In this document: piece after piece, positions 1-10,399 of the stretch
Layout of the letters: each line of letters opens with the position of its first letter
Numbering within the stretch: the stretch's first letter is position 1
Made by a program: the position numbers and the translations under genes
The notes under the pieces: model-generated
Databases searched by the model: none
The model's input: only the letters and a program-made list of their open reading frames with translations
Told to the model about the DNA's origin: nothing
Assembly (NCBI GenBank): GCA_013265495.1
Contig: MU058839.1
Span: 248,001 to 272,980, forward strand
Direction: 5' to 3'
Length of the DNA stretch: 24,980 bases
Source of the DNA: Vicugna vicugna
Taxonomy: Eukaryota

Positions 1-2
1 TG

Positions 3-28
3 CATGTGTGTGTGTGTGCGCACACGTG
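3..28. repeat. (TG)n/(CA)n microsatellite
   Basis: catgtgtgtgtgtgtgcgcacacgtg at the window start. Confidence 0.7.
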
Positions 29-39
29 TACATTTATGT

Positions 40-112
40 ATGCTTTGCTAAGTGACAGGATACAGTGGAGAAAAAGAAAAGACATATATCTTGCCTTCAC
101 AGAGTTTATGGA
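40..112 (-). mobile_element. L2 LINE remnant
   Basis: ggatacagtggagaaaaagaaaagaca...cttgccttcacagagttta resembles the reverse-complemented L2 3' region; highly diverged. Confidence 0.4.
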
Positions 113-197
113 TGAGCATGTCAAACATATAGACTACATGTGGAATATATATGTACTTCTAGAAATATAAGACCTGTATTTAAAGCACAGGTAATCA

Positions 198-261
198 TTA
201 CTCAGCCATAAAAAAGAATAAAATAATGCCATTTGCAACAACATGGATGGATCTGGAGATC
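198..261 (+). mobile_element. Short L1 ORF2 3'-end fragment, inverted relative to the adjacent L1
   Basis: tactcagccataaaaaagaataaaataatgccatttgcaacaacatggatggatctggagatc is the canonical L1 ORF2 C-terminal segment. Confidence 0.8.
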
Positions 262-1039
262 ACATCTTTATCCATTCATCTGTTGATGGACACTTAGGTT
301 CTGTCCATATCTTGGCAATTGTAAATAATGCTGCTCTGAACATTGGGGTTCATGTATTTTTTTCAAGTTAGTATATTTATTTTCTTTGGCTATATATCCA
401 GCAGTGGACTTGCTGGATCATATGGTAGTTCTAGTTTTAGTTTTTTGAGTAACATCCATATTGTTTTCCACAGTGACTGCACCAATTTACATTCCCACTA
501 ACAGTATACTGGGTTCACTTTAATCCACATCCTCACCAACATTTGTTATTTGTAGTCTTTTTGATGATAGCCATACTGACAGGTGTGGTTTAATATCTCA
601 GTGTGGTTTTGTTTTGCATTTCTCTGATGATTAGTTATGTTGAGTATCTTTTCATGTGCTTGTTGGCCATCTGTATGTGTCCTTTGGAAAAATATCTATT
701 CTTGTCTTCTGCCCATTTTTCAATTGGGTTGCTTGTTTTTTTTTAATATTGAGTTATACAAGCTGTTTATATATTTAGATATAATATCATATCATTTGCA
801 AATATTTTCTTCCATACAGTAGGTTAGCTTTTCATTTTGTCAGTGGTTTGTTTGTTTTTGCTTTTGTTTCCTTTGCCTCAGGAGACTGACCCCCCAAAAT
901 ATTATGATGATCTATGTCAAAGAGTGTTCAGCCTATGTTTTCTTCTAGGAGTTTTATGATCTACGGTCTTACATTTAGATCTTTAATCCATACTGAGTTT
1001 ATTTTGGATATGGTGTGAGAAAATGATGTAACCTCATTC
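261..1039 (-). mobile_element. L1 LINE, 3' part of ORF2 (degenerate)
   Basis: Antisense L1 hallmarks: ccattcatctgttgatggacacttagg, accaatttacattcccac, ttgcatttctctgatgattag, gatctttaatcca. Confidence 0.9.
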
Positions 1040-1095
1040 TTTTTCTTTTAATGGAGATACTGGGGATTGAACCCAGGACCACATGCATGATAAGA
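1040..1095 (-). mobile_element. 5'-truncated camelid tRNA-derived SINE (Vic-1-like)
   Basis: Reverse complement reads cttatcatgcatgtggtcctgggttcaatccccagtatctccattaaagaaaaaa, with a Pol III B-box-like GGTTCAATCC and an A-rich tail. Confidence 0.75.
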
Positions 1096-1099
1096 TGTT

Positions 1100-4060
1100 G
1101 TGTCGTGTAGATTTTGGAAAACTGGAAAACAAATTTTCATTTGTCTCTTCGTATTTTCTGATATTTTCTTTGATTTCTTCATTGACCCATTTGTTCTTTA
1201 GTAATATGTTGTTTAGTCTCCACATTTGTGTTTTTCCCATTTTTCTCCCAGTAGTTGAATTCCAGTTTCATATTGTTATGGTGGGATAAAAGGCTTGATT
1301 TTGATATTGCTATAATTTTTATCCTCTAAAATTTATTAAGACTTGTTTTGTGGCCTAGCCTAATATATCTATCCTGGAGAACATTCCATGTGTATTTGAA
1401 AAAAAATTAAATTCTGCTGTTTTGGGATGGAATGTCCTGTAGATATCTATTAAGTTCATCTGTTCTGTTGTGTCATTTAAGGCCACTATTTCCTTATTGA
1501 TTTTTCTATCTGGAGAATTGGTCCATTGATGTAAGTGAGGTGTCAAAGTCCTCTACTATTATTATATTATTGGCAGTTTCTCCCTTTATGTCCATTAATA
1601 TTTGCTTTATATATTTAGGTGCTCCTGTATTAGGTTCATATACACTAATCAGTTTTATGTCCTCTTATTGTACTGAGCCCTTTTATTTATATAATGCCCT
1701 TCTCTGTCTTTCATTATAGACTTTCTTTTAAAGTCTATTTTGTCTCATATGTGTATTGCTACCCCTGCTTTCTTGTCATATTCTTTCACATGAAATATCT
1801 CTTTCCATCTCCTCACTTTTAATCTGTGTGCATCTTTAGCTGTAACTTGAACCCATCATAAGCAACATATAGATGGGTTTGTTTCTTTATCCAATCAGCC
1901 ACCATATGTCCTTTGACTAGAGTTTTAGTCCGTTGATATTTATAGTGATTATTGATAGCTATGTACTTATTGCCTTTTTTTTACTTGTTTTCTGGTAATT
2001 TTTATAGTTCTTACCTGTTTATTTCTTCTTTTAATTTCTTCCCTTGTGGTTTGATGATTTTCTTTAGTGGTATGTTTGTGTTCTTTTCTCTGTAGTTTTT
2101 GTGTATCTATTTTAGGTTTTGGATTTGTGGTTACTGTTGGTTTCACATACGTTAACCTAGAACTATATCTACTTGTTTTAAACTGGCAGTCAGTTAAGTT
2201 CAAAAAGAATCTAAAAGATCTACATTTGTTACTCCCTTCCCCCACATTTTGTATTTTTGAAGTCATATTTTACATCTTCATGTTTATCCTTTCATTGTTT
2301 ATTGTAAGTATAGCTGAGTTTAAATGCTTTTGTCTTTTAATCTTTATACTAACTTATTTAAGTGTTTGACCCACAGCATTTATCATGCATTTGCTTTTAC
2401 TACTGGGATTTTTACTTTCCTATAAATTCTTACTTCTTGTTATAGCCTTTTTTTTCCACTTAGAGAAAACTTTATAAAATTTCTTTTAGAAAAGGTTGGT
2501 ATTGATGAACTCTTCTAGTTTGTACTTATCTGAGAAGTTTATTATCTTTCCTTCAATTCTAAATGATAATCTTGCTGGTAGAGTATCCTGGGTTGTATGT
2601 TTTTCCTTTTCAGCCCTTTCAATATATCATGACACTCCCTTCTGGCTTGCAAAGTTTCTGCAGAAAAATCAGCTGATAGCCTTATGAGAGGTTCTTTTGT
2701 ATGTGATTCTTTTTTTTTCTTTTGCTGCCTTTAGATTTCTCTCTTTATCTTTAACTTTTGCCATTTTAATTGTATGTCTTGGTGTAGATATATTTGGATT
2801 TATCTCTTTGGGGAGCTTCTGTGCTTCTTGTTCCCTGATATCTGTTTCTGTTTTCAGGTTCAGGAAGTTTTCAGCGATAATTTTATCAAATCCATTGTCT
2901 ATACCTGTTCCTCGTCCCCTTGGGAGCCCTATAACGCAAATATTGATATGCTTGATATTGTCCCAGAGGTCCCTCCAACTGTTCTCATTTTTAAATTTTG
3001 TTTTTCTTTTTGCTGCTCTGAATGGGTGATTTCCATTATTTTACCTTCCTGATCACTTCTGCATTTTGCATTTTTCTCTATCACCCAGTCTGCTCTTAAT
3101 TCCTTCTAGTGTGTTTTTTATTTCAGTTATTGTATTCTTCAGTTCTAACTGATTGTTAATATTTTCTAGTTTCTTGTTAAAATTCTAACTATTCGTCTAT
3201 TCTTTTCCCTAATTCACTTAATACTCTTATACTAATGTTTTGAAATCTTTATCTGGTAAATTTTTATTTCTGTTTTATTAGTTGTGTTTTCATGGTTTTT
3301 CTGTTGTTTTTTCATTTGAAATAAATTCCTCTGTCTTCTAATTTTGCTGAAGTTTCTCTATCTCTATGAAAGTAGATGAAACTGTTGCCTATTGCAGTCT
3401 CAAAGTGATGTTCTTATGTGGGAACATCCCTATACGGTGTTTATGTATCCACTGACTTTGGTGGTAGAGTTGGACTGATGTAGGAGGCCTGTCTTCCTCC
3501 AGGGTGTGCTGACAGCTATCACTTTGATAGAAGGTAGGGATGGAGCTGGAGGGGCTAGAACCAGAGCCAAGTGTAAACCAGGGCTTCTCTGCTCAGTGGC
3601 CAACACCACCCACCACCCTAATGCAGGCAGGGTTGGGTCCCAAGTTGCTACGGTGGAAGCCTTGAGGATTGGGTCCAAGCTGGTTCTGTTCCCAATAAGA
3701 GTGTTCTCTCCTTCTTCTTAACACTGACACCTTTGGCCCAGAGGGGAGCAATTCTGCAGCAAGAGCATCTAGAGCCAGTGCTCAGTGTGGGTCAGGGTGT
3801 GGACTGTGGTGGTCCCAGCCCCAGTCAGAGTCCTGGACTGCTCCTGATCCACTGCCTCAATAGGCACCAGCAATGGCCGCCCTCGCCCTATTCAGATGCC
3901 CTTCTGGGTCCAGGCTTGCACCATGCCTCACAACTTCTCAGCCCCCTTGGCTGTGTCAGCCTTTGCTCTAGTGTAGAGCTGCACCACAGAGCAAACACGG
4001 CCAGAGCAGGCACTTGGCTCAGGCTGGGCACATACCAGGGTGATCACAGGCTCTTCTTTT
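1100..4060 (-). mobile_element. L1 LINE 5' portion: GC-rich 5'UTR (~3400-4060), ORF1 remnant and ORF2 endonuclease remnant
   Basis: Minus-strand ORF pieces WRLNNILLKNKWVNEEIKENIRKY and KINKEIVALNDTTEQMNLIDIYRTFHPKTAEFNFFSNTHGMFSRID match the L1 ORF2 APE endonuclease and following region; frames are interrupted by stops and frameshifts. Confidence 0.9.
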
Positions 4061-4159
4061 CATACTTAAACTGCATTTAGACTTTCTAGGAATGAAGAGA
4101 ACCAAAGTCTTATCAATCACTGCACCCACTTCTCAAACTAATGATGATGTTCTGAAACC

Positions 4160-4349
4160 CAGTGGTTCTCAAATCCTAGCCTACATTTGAATCATGTCGA
4201 GGACTCATAAAACACAGTGTGTTGTGCCCTACCCACTGGGATTCTGGGATACAGAGTAAGTCTGAGATACAGCTTGAAATTTGCATCTTCAACAAGTTCC
4301 TAGCCGATGCTGATGTACTTGTGTAGGTTCTGTAGTTTGAGAACCACAG
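4160..4349. mobile_element. MER5-type hAT-Charlie non-autonomous DNA transposon
   Basis: Terminal inverted repeats cagtggttctcaaa ... tttgagaaccacag, ~190 bp length, internal atttgcat...aacaagttcc...gatgctgatg. Confidence 0.85.
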
Positions 4350-4699
4350 GTGTAAACTAAAGAATAAATTATGTCATAGGCTGTAGTTGGTAGAGTATTT
4401 ATATCCTCTTTTTCAACTACCTATTTCATGTTCCTTTTGCCTTCAACCAGGATTCAGCTGATCAAAGTTCTTTTTCACTATTTGGTGGGGAGTCTTGAAA
4501 CAAACTTGGAACACTAGGTTGAGGAAGGTTCCACCTCTGCCAGGATGGGTGATTGAATTAAGGCAAAAAGAAGTACCTCGCAAAAAAAAAAAAAAAACTT
4601 CCCTGTTCCCGTTCTCTCCTGCCACTAGGTGGACTATAGACTTCTATTGAGTTACTCCATAACATTTTAGGTTTTATCTGTTATATTATTCAGGGTAGC

Positions 4700-5435
4700 T
4701 TAATTAATACAAGATTTCTTATGACAAAATATTTTAAATACATGGCACTGGCTTAGCAGCTGGTCAGCGGATAATAGAGCAACTGACATCAGATGCTAGA
4801 AAAATGGAGATCCATGCTATGCAGTCTCAAAGCATTTGGTTAAAAAACAGCTATCACTGTGGTAATTTGAGAGGCAGATAAGGAGCCTGCAGAGTCTGTA
4901 ACTCCAGGGAAAAAAACTGAAAACAGAATATTAGAGGTATCCACTGTTGCTTCTGACTGTTTATCAAAGTATAAGATGAAAGAGATGAGCTCAGACAAGA
5001 AATGACAGCATGCAAATAGAAGTACAGAAATCCCAGAAGTTTGGGGCTGCAAATGACTGGAAAAGTAGATTTCCACTAGACTTTAAGCTGTGAGATAAAA
5101 GAGTGAGAAAGTTTTTGATCAACACAGGCCAATTAAGACTAATCTTTATGACAATATTCAGTTTAAGAGTATGGCTTTCCCACCCAAGCCTGATGGCCTC
5201 AAGGTAGTCACCATTAAATTGAAAGAGAGAGGCATGGAGGTTAGAAAGCAAAGAATCAAATCAAACTTGAGACTTAAATTTGGAAAGAACTCCAGATACA
5301 GCTAATGATTCATAAGATTGCATAGAACAAAAAATAGGAGAAGTTTAAGATTTGTAAGGAATTTTATTGATAAAGAACCATGTTTCTAGATTAAAAATGC
5401 ATTTCCCTATTCAAACTTTGAAACAACCATATGGT
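4700..5435 (+). mobile_element. MaLR (MLT1-like) internal-region remnant
   Basis: ttaataca followed by atggcactggctt...agaaaaatggagatccatgctatgcagt...aagcatttgg resembles MLT1-int; diverged. Confidence 0.5.
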
Positions 5436-6120
5436 AGACTTCTGGGTGCAACCACAATTGATTAACTTCTATCAGAGTAACCTTCCCTCTGCAAGTAACT
5501 ATAAAAATGGGGAAAATATACAAAGTGAATATTTGAAGGCATTGAAGAGGTAGCAGTACAGGTAGGACTGGGGAATCCTAGGATTCTTGAGAGAAGTGAA
5601 ACCCATGGGGGAGCTCATCTTCATCTTGGATTATTTTCATGAGAGCACTTACCAAATTGCAACACCAAGTACTAGAGTTCAAGCAGAAACTGGCATTCTT
5701 AGTACACAAAGGAGACAAGAGGTCAGACTATAAAGTTGCCAAAATGGCTAAACTCAAGTGAAAAAATTCCCCAAGTGGACGAAACTGCAAAGGAGGAACC
5801 TCAAAACCTTCATATAAATTCCCTTTAAGTTGTTGACTGACTCTTACATGATACATGCAAGAAGCAAGACTCTAAGAAACCCAGTAGAAATCAGCGAGAC
5901 TATAAAGAGCTAAGCAGAGACTTCAGCAATCATACAGTCTGGGATTTTGCTAAATATCCCAGGTATTTAGTTGAGACCCCAGAAGGGTGACACTCTAAAA
6001 GTCAGAACCATACCATAGAAATAAGGACAGCATCCTAGTAGTAAGGACTAAACTGAAATAGATTAGTCCTGACATAGCCTAAAAGCAAGCCTCCATAGGT
6101 TCAAGGTGATCTGCTGGTAG
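5436..6120 (+). mobile_element. Ancient L1M 5'-end remnant
   Basis: agacttctgg...accttccctctgcaagtaactataaaaatggggaaaatat...ttgaaggcattg resembles old L1M 5' ends. Confidence 0.45.
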
Positions 6121-6405
6121 ATCATGAACATGAATGACTATGCTGTGTCCATGCTAAATCAGTAAAAATCTCAGAAACCCTTCACATTCCTTTCTTCCAT
6201 GCTTCCTCTATTCTCTTGGCTAGATGTTGGTGCTTGGTCTTATAATGAAAGCCATGTATTGATCATGATAGATAAAGCTCGTTGAATGAGAAGCAGAGTT
6301 TTCCAGTATCCTTCTGAATGGGCTTTTAAAAATCAATAATCTGTGATGTGCTACTGAGATTGAGGATTTTATTTATTACAGTATCTAGAGTTACCTTGAC
6401 TAACA
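6120..6405 (+). mobile_element. MaLR (MLT1-like) LTR remnant
   Basis: Ends with gctactgagattgaggattttatttattacagtatctagagttaccttgactaac, typical of MLT1 LTR 3' ends. Confidence 0.5.
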
Positions 6406-6434
6406 TAACCTCTCTATATTTATCACCTAATTTA

Positions 6435-6555
6435 AGTACAGTGATATAGGTATGATTTTATTATCTGCTTTCTAGCTAAAAAAATTAAGGCTTAAGAAAT
6501 TAAATGACCAACTTAAGGTCATTCAGTTCATAAACGCTAAGGCTCAGATTAGATT
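6435..6555 (-). mobile_element. MIR SINE remnant
   Basis: ttattatctgcttt...aaattaaggcttaagaaattaaatgac...aaggtcattcag matches the antisense MIR core. Confidence 0.55.
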
Positions 6556-8295
6556 TTCTATTTCTTCTGTAGTCAGTTTTTGTGGTTTGTGTCTTTCTAA
6601 AAATGTGTCCATTTTGTCTAGGTTTTCCAACCGTTTAGCATACAAGTGTTCTCAGTTCTCCCTTATAATAACTTTATTTCTCTAAGGTTAGTAATAACTC
6701 CCGTTTTAGTAATTTGAATCTTCTCTCCCTTTATCTTGTTCAGTGTAGCTAAAGATTTCTTAATTTTGTTGCTCTTTTTGAAGACCCAACTTTGGGTTTT
6801 GTTGAAAACAAGACATTTTAAAAATACATTGTGGAAACTCTGGAAATCAGATTCTTCCTTCTCCCCAGAGTTTTTTGCTGTTTGTTATTATTGTTTTTTG
6901 TTTGTTCAGTGGCTTTTCTGAAGTAGTTTTACAGAACTACTTCTGTAAAGTCTCTTTTCTTTGTGGTACAAAATAAAATTCATATTTTATGGCAAGACAA
7001 GAAATATTCAAACATTAAAAAAAGTCTCTGCCCTTTGGCCTCTTCTCTTCTCTTCCCCTACTATGCATCGTGTATCTGCATTAAGCGTGGACCATACCTT
7101 CCCCATCAGCAGAAATACCTCCTCAACCATACAGAGCAACATTCTCCTAGCATCAGCAAGACAACTCCTTAAAAGATAACATTCCATCTTGATCATGACA
7201 CTCAGATCTGGATTGTGTATACCATCAATAATACATCATTTAATGTACAGCCCTCTGATCAAAAAACTTAGATAACTGTCCTTTAAGTTTTGATGGGCAG
7301 AACAGTTCTTGGAGCTTTCTGAGATGCTGTTCTTGGGTTATAATCCTCACTGTGGCTTGAATAAAATTTTCCATTTCTTTCTTAGATTGACTAATCTAAG
7401 ACAGTAGTGTGTGGCCAAACAATACTCTGTTTGGTTAGCTTAGTGCTCAGCTAATGATTAGACAGAGATTTCCTTAAATACTTGGAATCAACATGTATCC
7501 CAGTGTTTGTTGAGGGTGTGTGCATGTGTGTGTGTTTTGGGCAGGGCTTCAACATCAAGCCAGGCAGTTCACAATTCTCCCTTAGCCTTCACTTCTTGCT
7601 TATGCAAAGCCCCAAGGTCAGCCTTAGGTCAATGTTTAGGACTTTCTCAGGTCTTTCCTACGCTTATGCACTGTTTAGCCCAGCCTTAGGCATATGTGTG
7701 GGTTTCTGGATTCTCATGAATTTGTTGGACCTTTTCAAAGTTCCTAGAGACATTCTCCAGCTTTTCCTTTTAAGCTTTTTGGTCAACCTGTTGTCTGCCC
7801 CAAACTATTTACACTGCCTACACCACAGCAAAGTCAATCAATTCCCTCTCATTGCTTTTGACAAACATTTCTAGGGAACAGGCTTTTCTCTAGAAAAACA
7901 CTGGTTTAGCTCTGAATCAAATCCAATCAAGACAGCCTTGAAAGTGAGGTCTTCTAGGGAACCACCATATAGGTCAAATGATGACTGTTGTCTTGGAATT
8001 AGGTTTTGAAGACGCTCCAGCCTCATTCTGCCTTGTCTGGTATCTGTCAGGCTGCTCCTTTTACCATGATTGTAGGCCAATGTTGTTCAGTGCTACAGTA
8101 GAGCTAGACAGGAGGGGATTGGTTTAGAGCAGGCCAAAACATCACAGAGCTTACTGTTCTTGCTAAGATTCAGCTATTTTCTTGAATAAATGCTTCCTGG
8201 CTTGCTGCAAGCCCTTGGTTGATTTCCAGAGTTCTGAAAAAGATGACTCTGACCATTTTTAGCAGTGCTTATACCCTCATTGTTGCTGATGTCAC
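6556..8295 (-). mobile_element. Old L1M fragments (ORF2 piece and 5' region), interrupted by an LTR
   Basis: gtgtccattttgtctaggttttcc, gaaactctggaaatcagattc, ttagcttagtgctcagctaatgatt and ccttagccttcacttc resemble antisense L1M consensus. Confidence 0.6.
6962..7403 (+). mobile_element. Solo ERV LTR (ERV1-like)
   Basis: ~440-bp block ending in CA, with ctgagatgctgttcttgggttataatcctc...ttgaataaaatt (AATAAA near 7359); the host L1 resumes on both sides. Confidence 0.6.
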
Positions 8296-8354
8296 TCTAA
8301 GGCTATAATTCAAGTTCAGGTCCTCTCACTCCTTGACCAGTCCTCCTAATTCAT

Positions 8355-8542
8355 CTGTGGTTCTCAAACTGCGTGTATCAGAATCACCTAGAAGACTTGC
8401 AGAAGATACAGATTGCTGGGCTCCACACCTTGAGTTTCTAATTCAGGCCTGAGGTTGGACCTAACTGAGAATTTGCATTTTAAGAAAGTTCTTGGGTAGT
8501 GCTGATGCTGTTGATATGGGGATCACTCTTTAAGAACTATTG
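8355..8542. mobile_element. MER5A hAT-Charlie DNA transposon
   Basis: ctgtggttctcaaact...tcagaatcacct...cagattgctgggc...gagaatttgcatttt...tgctgatgctg...tttaagaactattg. Confidence 0.85.
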
Positions 8543-8677
8543 CATTACATCCTGTGGTACCTTCAACTCGTTGCCTTAGGGAGTGCTTCCCATCTCTGAA
8601 ATCAACAATAAAACATACAAGTCATTAATACATATTATCTCTCTACACATATAATAATACAGTACATATGCCAATAT

Positions 8678-8890
8678 GTGTTTAATACTTACTACATGCT
8701 AGGTACGATATGTTACACATTTATTAGGTTATTTAGTCTGCAGTACAACAGCTCATGAGTAGGCGTTATTACTTTCCACATATTCAAACTGGAAATTGAG
8801 GCCAGAGGGGTAAGCAGAGATTGTCCAGAGGCACTCAGCAATAAATGCTGGAGACAGTGTGGAAGTATAGTCTATTGATTCTAGAACACA
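8678..8890 (-). mobile_element. MIR SINE
   Basis: acttactacatgctagg...ttattact...ggaaattgaggccagaggggtaag...ttgtccagagg matches antisense MIR. Confidence 0.7.
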
Positions 8891-8908
8891 TGGGATAAGC
8901 CTCCACAA

Positions 8909-9381
8909 GAGTGTTTCTCAAAGAGTAACATAGATCACTTCTGATGCCTTGGATGACTTTAATTGGGACGTGCGTACATGATTAAAAACAATGACTCACA
9001 TAGTGAGAGAGTGATTCCTATTTTGGTTCTGTTTGTCTATCTTTTGATTACATCATCACATAAATGCCACTTGCCTGCTTGTATTTTAACGTGTGTCTAA
9101 TGCTTGGTAAGCTTCTCTTCACAGGGAATGGGCTTTAGGCTCAGAGACGTTAGTACAAAAAATAGTCTCTAGCCCAAGAATTTAAAATCATTGTTCTGTG
9201 TTCACTTTTCTTTGTTACTTTCGACTTAGGAGAGGTGATACAGGTTTTCCATTTATAGTACATTCATAAAACTTCTCTCAAAGAAAATGAAGGCAAAACA
9301 CATTTAAAGAAAATAATATATAATACTGTGAGTGGTAAACACAGTTATGGTATGAAAGAGACTGAAATTAGGGGAACGCTG
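8909..9381. mobile_element. Probable hAT-Charlie DNA transposon remnant
   Basis: Degenerate terminal repeats gagtgtttctcaaa ... ttaggggaacgctg, with similar 8-bp flanks (ctccacaa / ccccaaca). Confidence 0.4.
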
Positions 9382-10399
9382 CCCCAACAGAAACTCTGCC
9401 CCAACAAACAGGTTAGTGTATCCAGTTGGATCAATATGCAACACTCTAAAGGGAGATCAGGGAAATGTGATTAAAGTATCAGTTCTCTTCCAGAGGGAGA
9501 GACTTGGATGGAGAAAGAGTCACCAGTTTTAGAGCAACATATGTAAAGTAGAGAAATACCAAATGGGAAATGGTTTCTTGGTAAGAAATGTACTACAGGA
9601 GTGGGCTGAGACTTAGATTTTTGGTTTCACAAAACGTCTAGCAAATTGTCATAGTCTAAGTTTCTATAGTAAATTTTGGATAATTTGTTTTCATCAACAG
9701 CAAAAAAAAAAAATTAGCCTCGGTTCACTGGCAGGAAATTTTGCATTTCCCAAGGACAGCACAAGAAGTGGGGCTCTTTAACTCTTGGCGGAGGGGACGC
9801 GATAAATATATCTCGAGCATTGAGCCTGTGTGTGGAGGGGTTGAAGAGGGTTGGGGAATAAGATGGGAGGGGAGTGGGAATGTAATCAGAGAAGAGGACA
9901 TGTGCAAGAAGAAGAAACAATTTAGCATCAGTGCCATGACTAACTAAACTGTTATCTCTGTTTAAATTAAGCAAGGTGTTCAGGGACTACAGCTGTTGTA
10001 TTTATTTTAGTTGTATGTGATGGGAGCTGTTATTTCTCGTCTTGACAACCCATCAGCCCCAAGATGCACACTCGAAGGCTCTGGTCAGGCCACAGCTATA
10101 CAGAGGAAAAGCAGGCATCCCCTATACCCCGCCCCCACCCCCAACAGAATCAGAAATGAGGGAGCAGGGATCTGACTGAAGGGGTGGGAAGGGAGAAGTC
10201 ACTATATCGTGCACAGTCAAGGGTGTCAGGAAGATGTGCCGTTCCTCTGTCTGCTATTTTTTCTAGGCCCCTCCATATCTGAACTGTAAAGGACTGAACT
10301 TTATGCCAGGAGACCCTAATCTTGTTAGTTACATTTCCAGTCAAATTAGGATTGATTTTAATGCCTCCATCTTTGTTGTTGCTGCTGGAATTTCTGAAA

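Noticed and set aside
1055..1095. tRNA-like B-box sequence as a tRNA gene
   Set aside because: No cloverleaf or 5' half, and an A-rich tail follows, consistent with a SINE fragment.
3400..4060. GC-rich block as a possible second promoter or CpG island
   Set aside because: It is the L1 5'UTR with CpGs largely decayed to TG/CA; nothing in the sequence supports activity.
637..4080. Multiple 60-115 aa ORFs
   Set aside because: Broken L1 ORF1/ORF2 fragments or antisense readings of L1; no intact retroelement ORF.
9379..9406. CTGCCCCAACA repeated twice
   Set aside because: Simple micro-duplication with two copies; no array structure or evident function.
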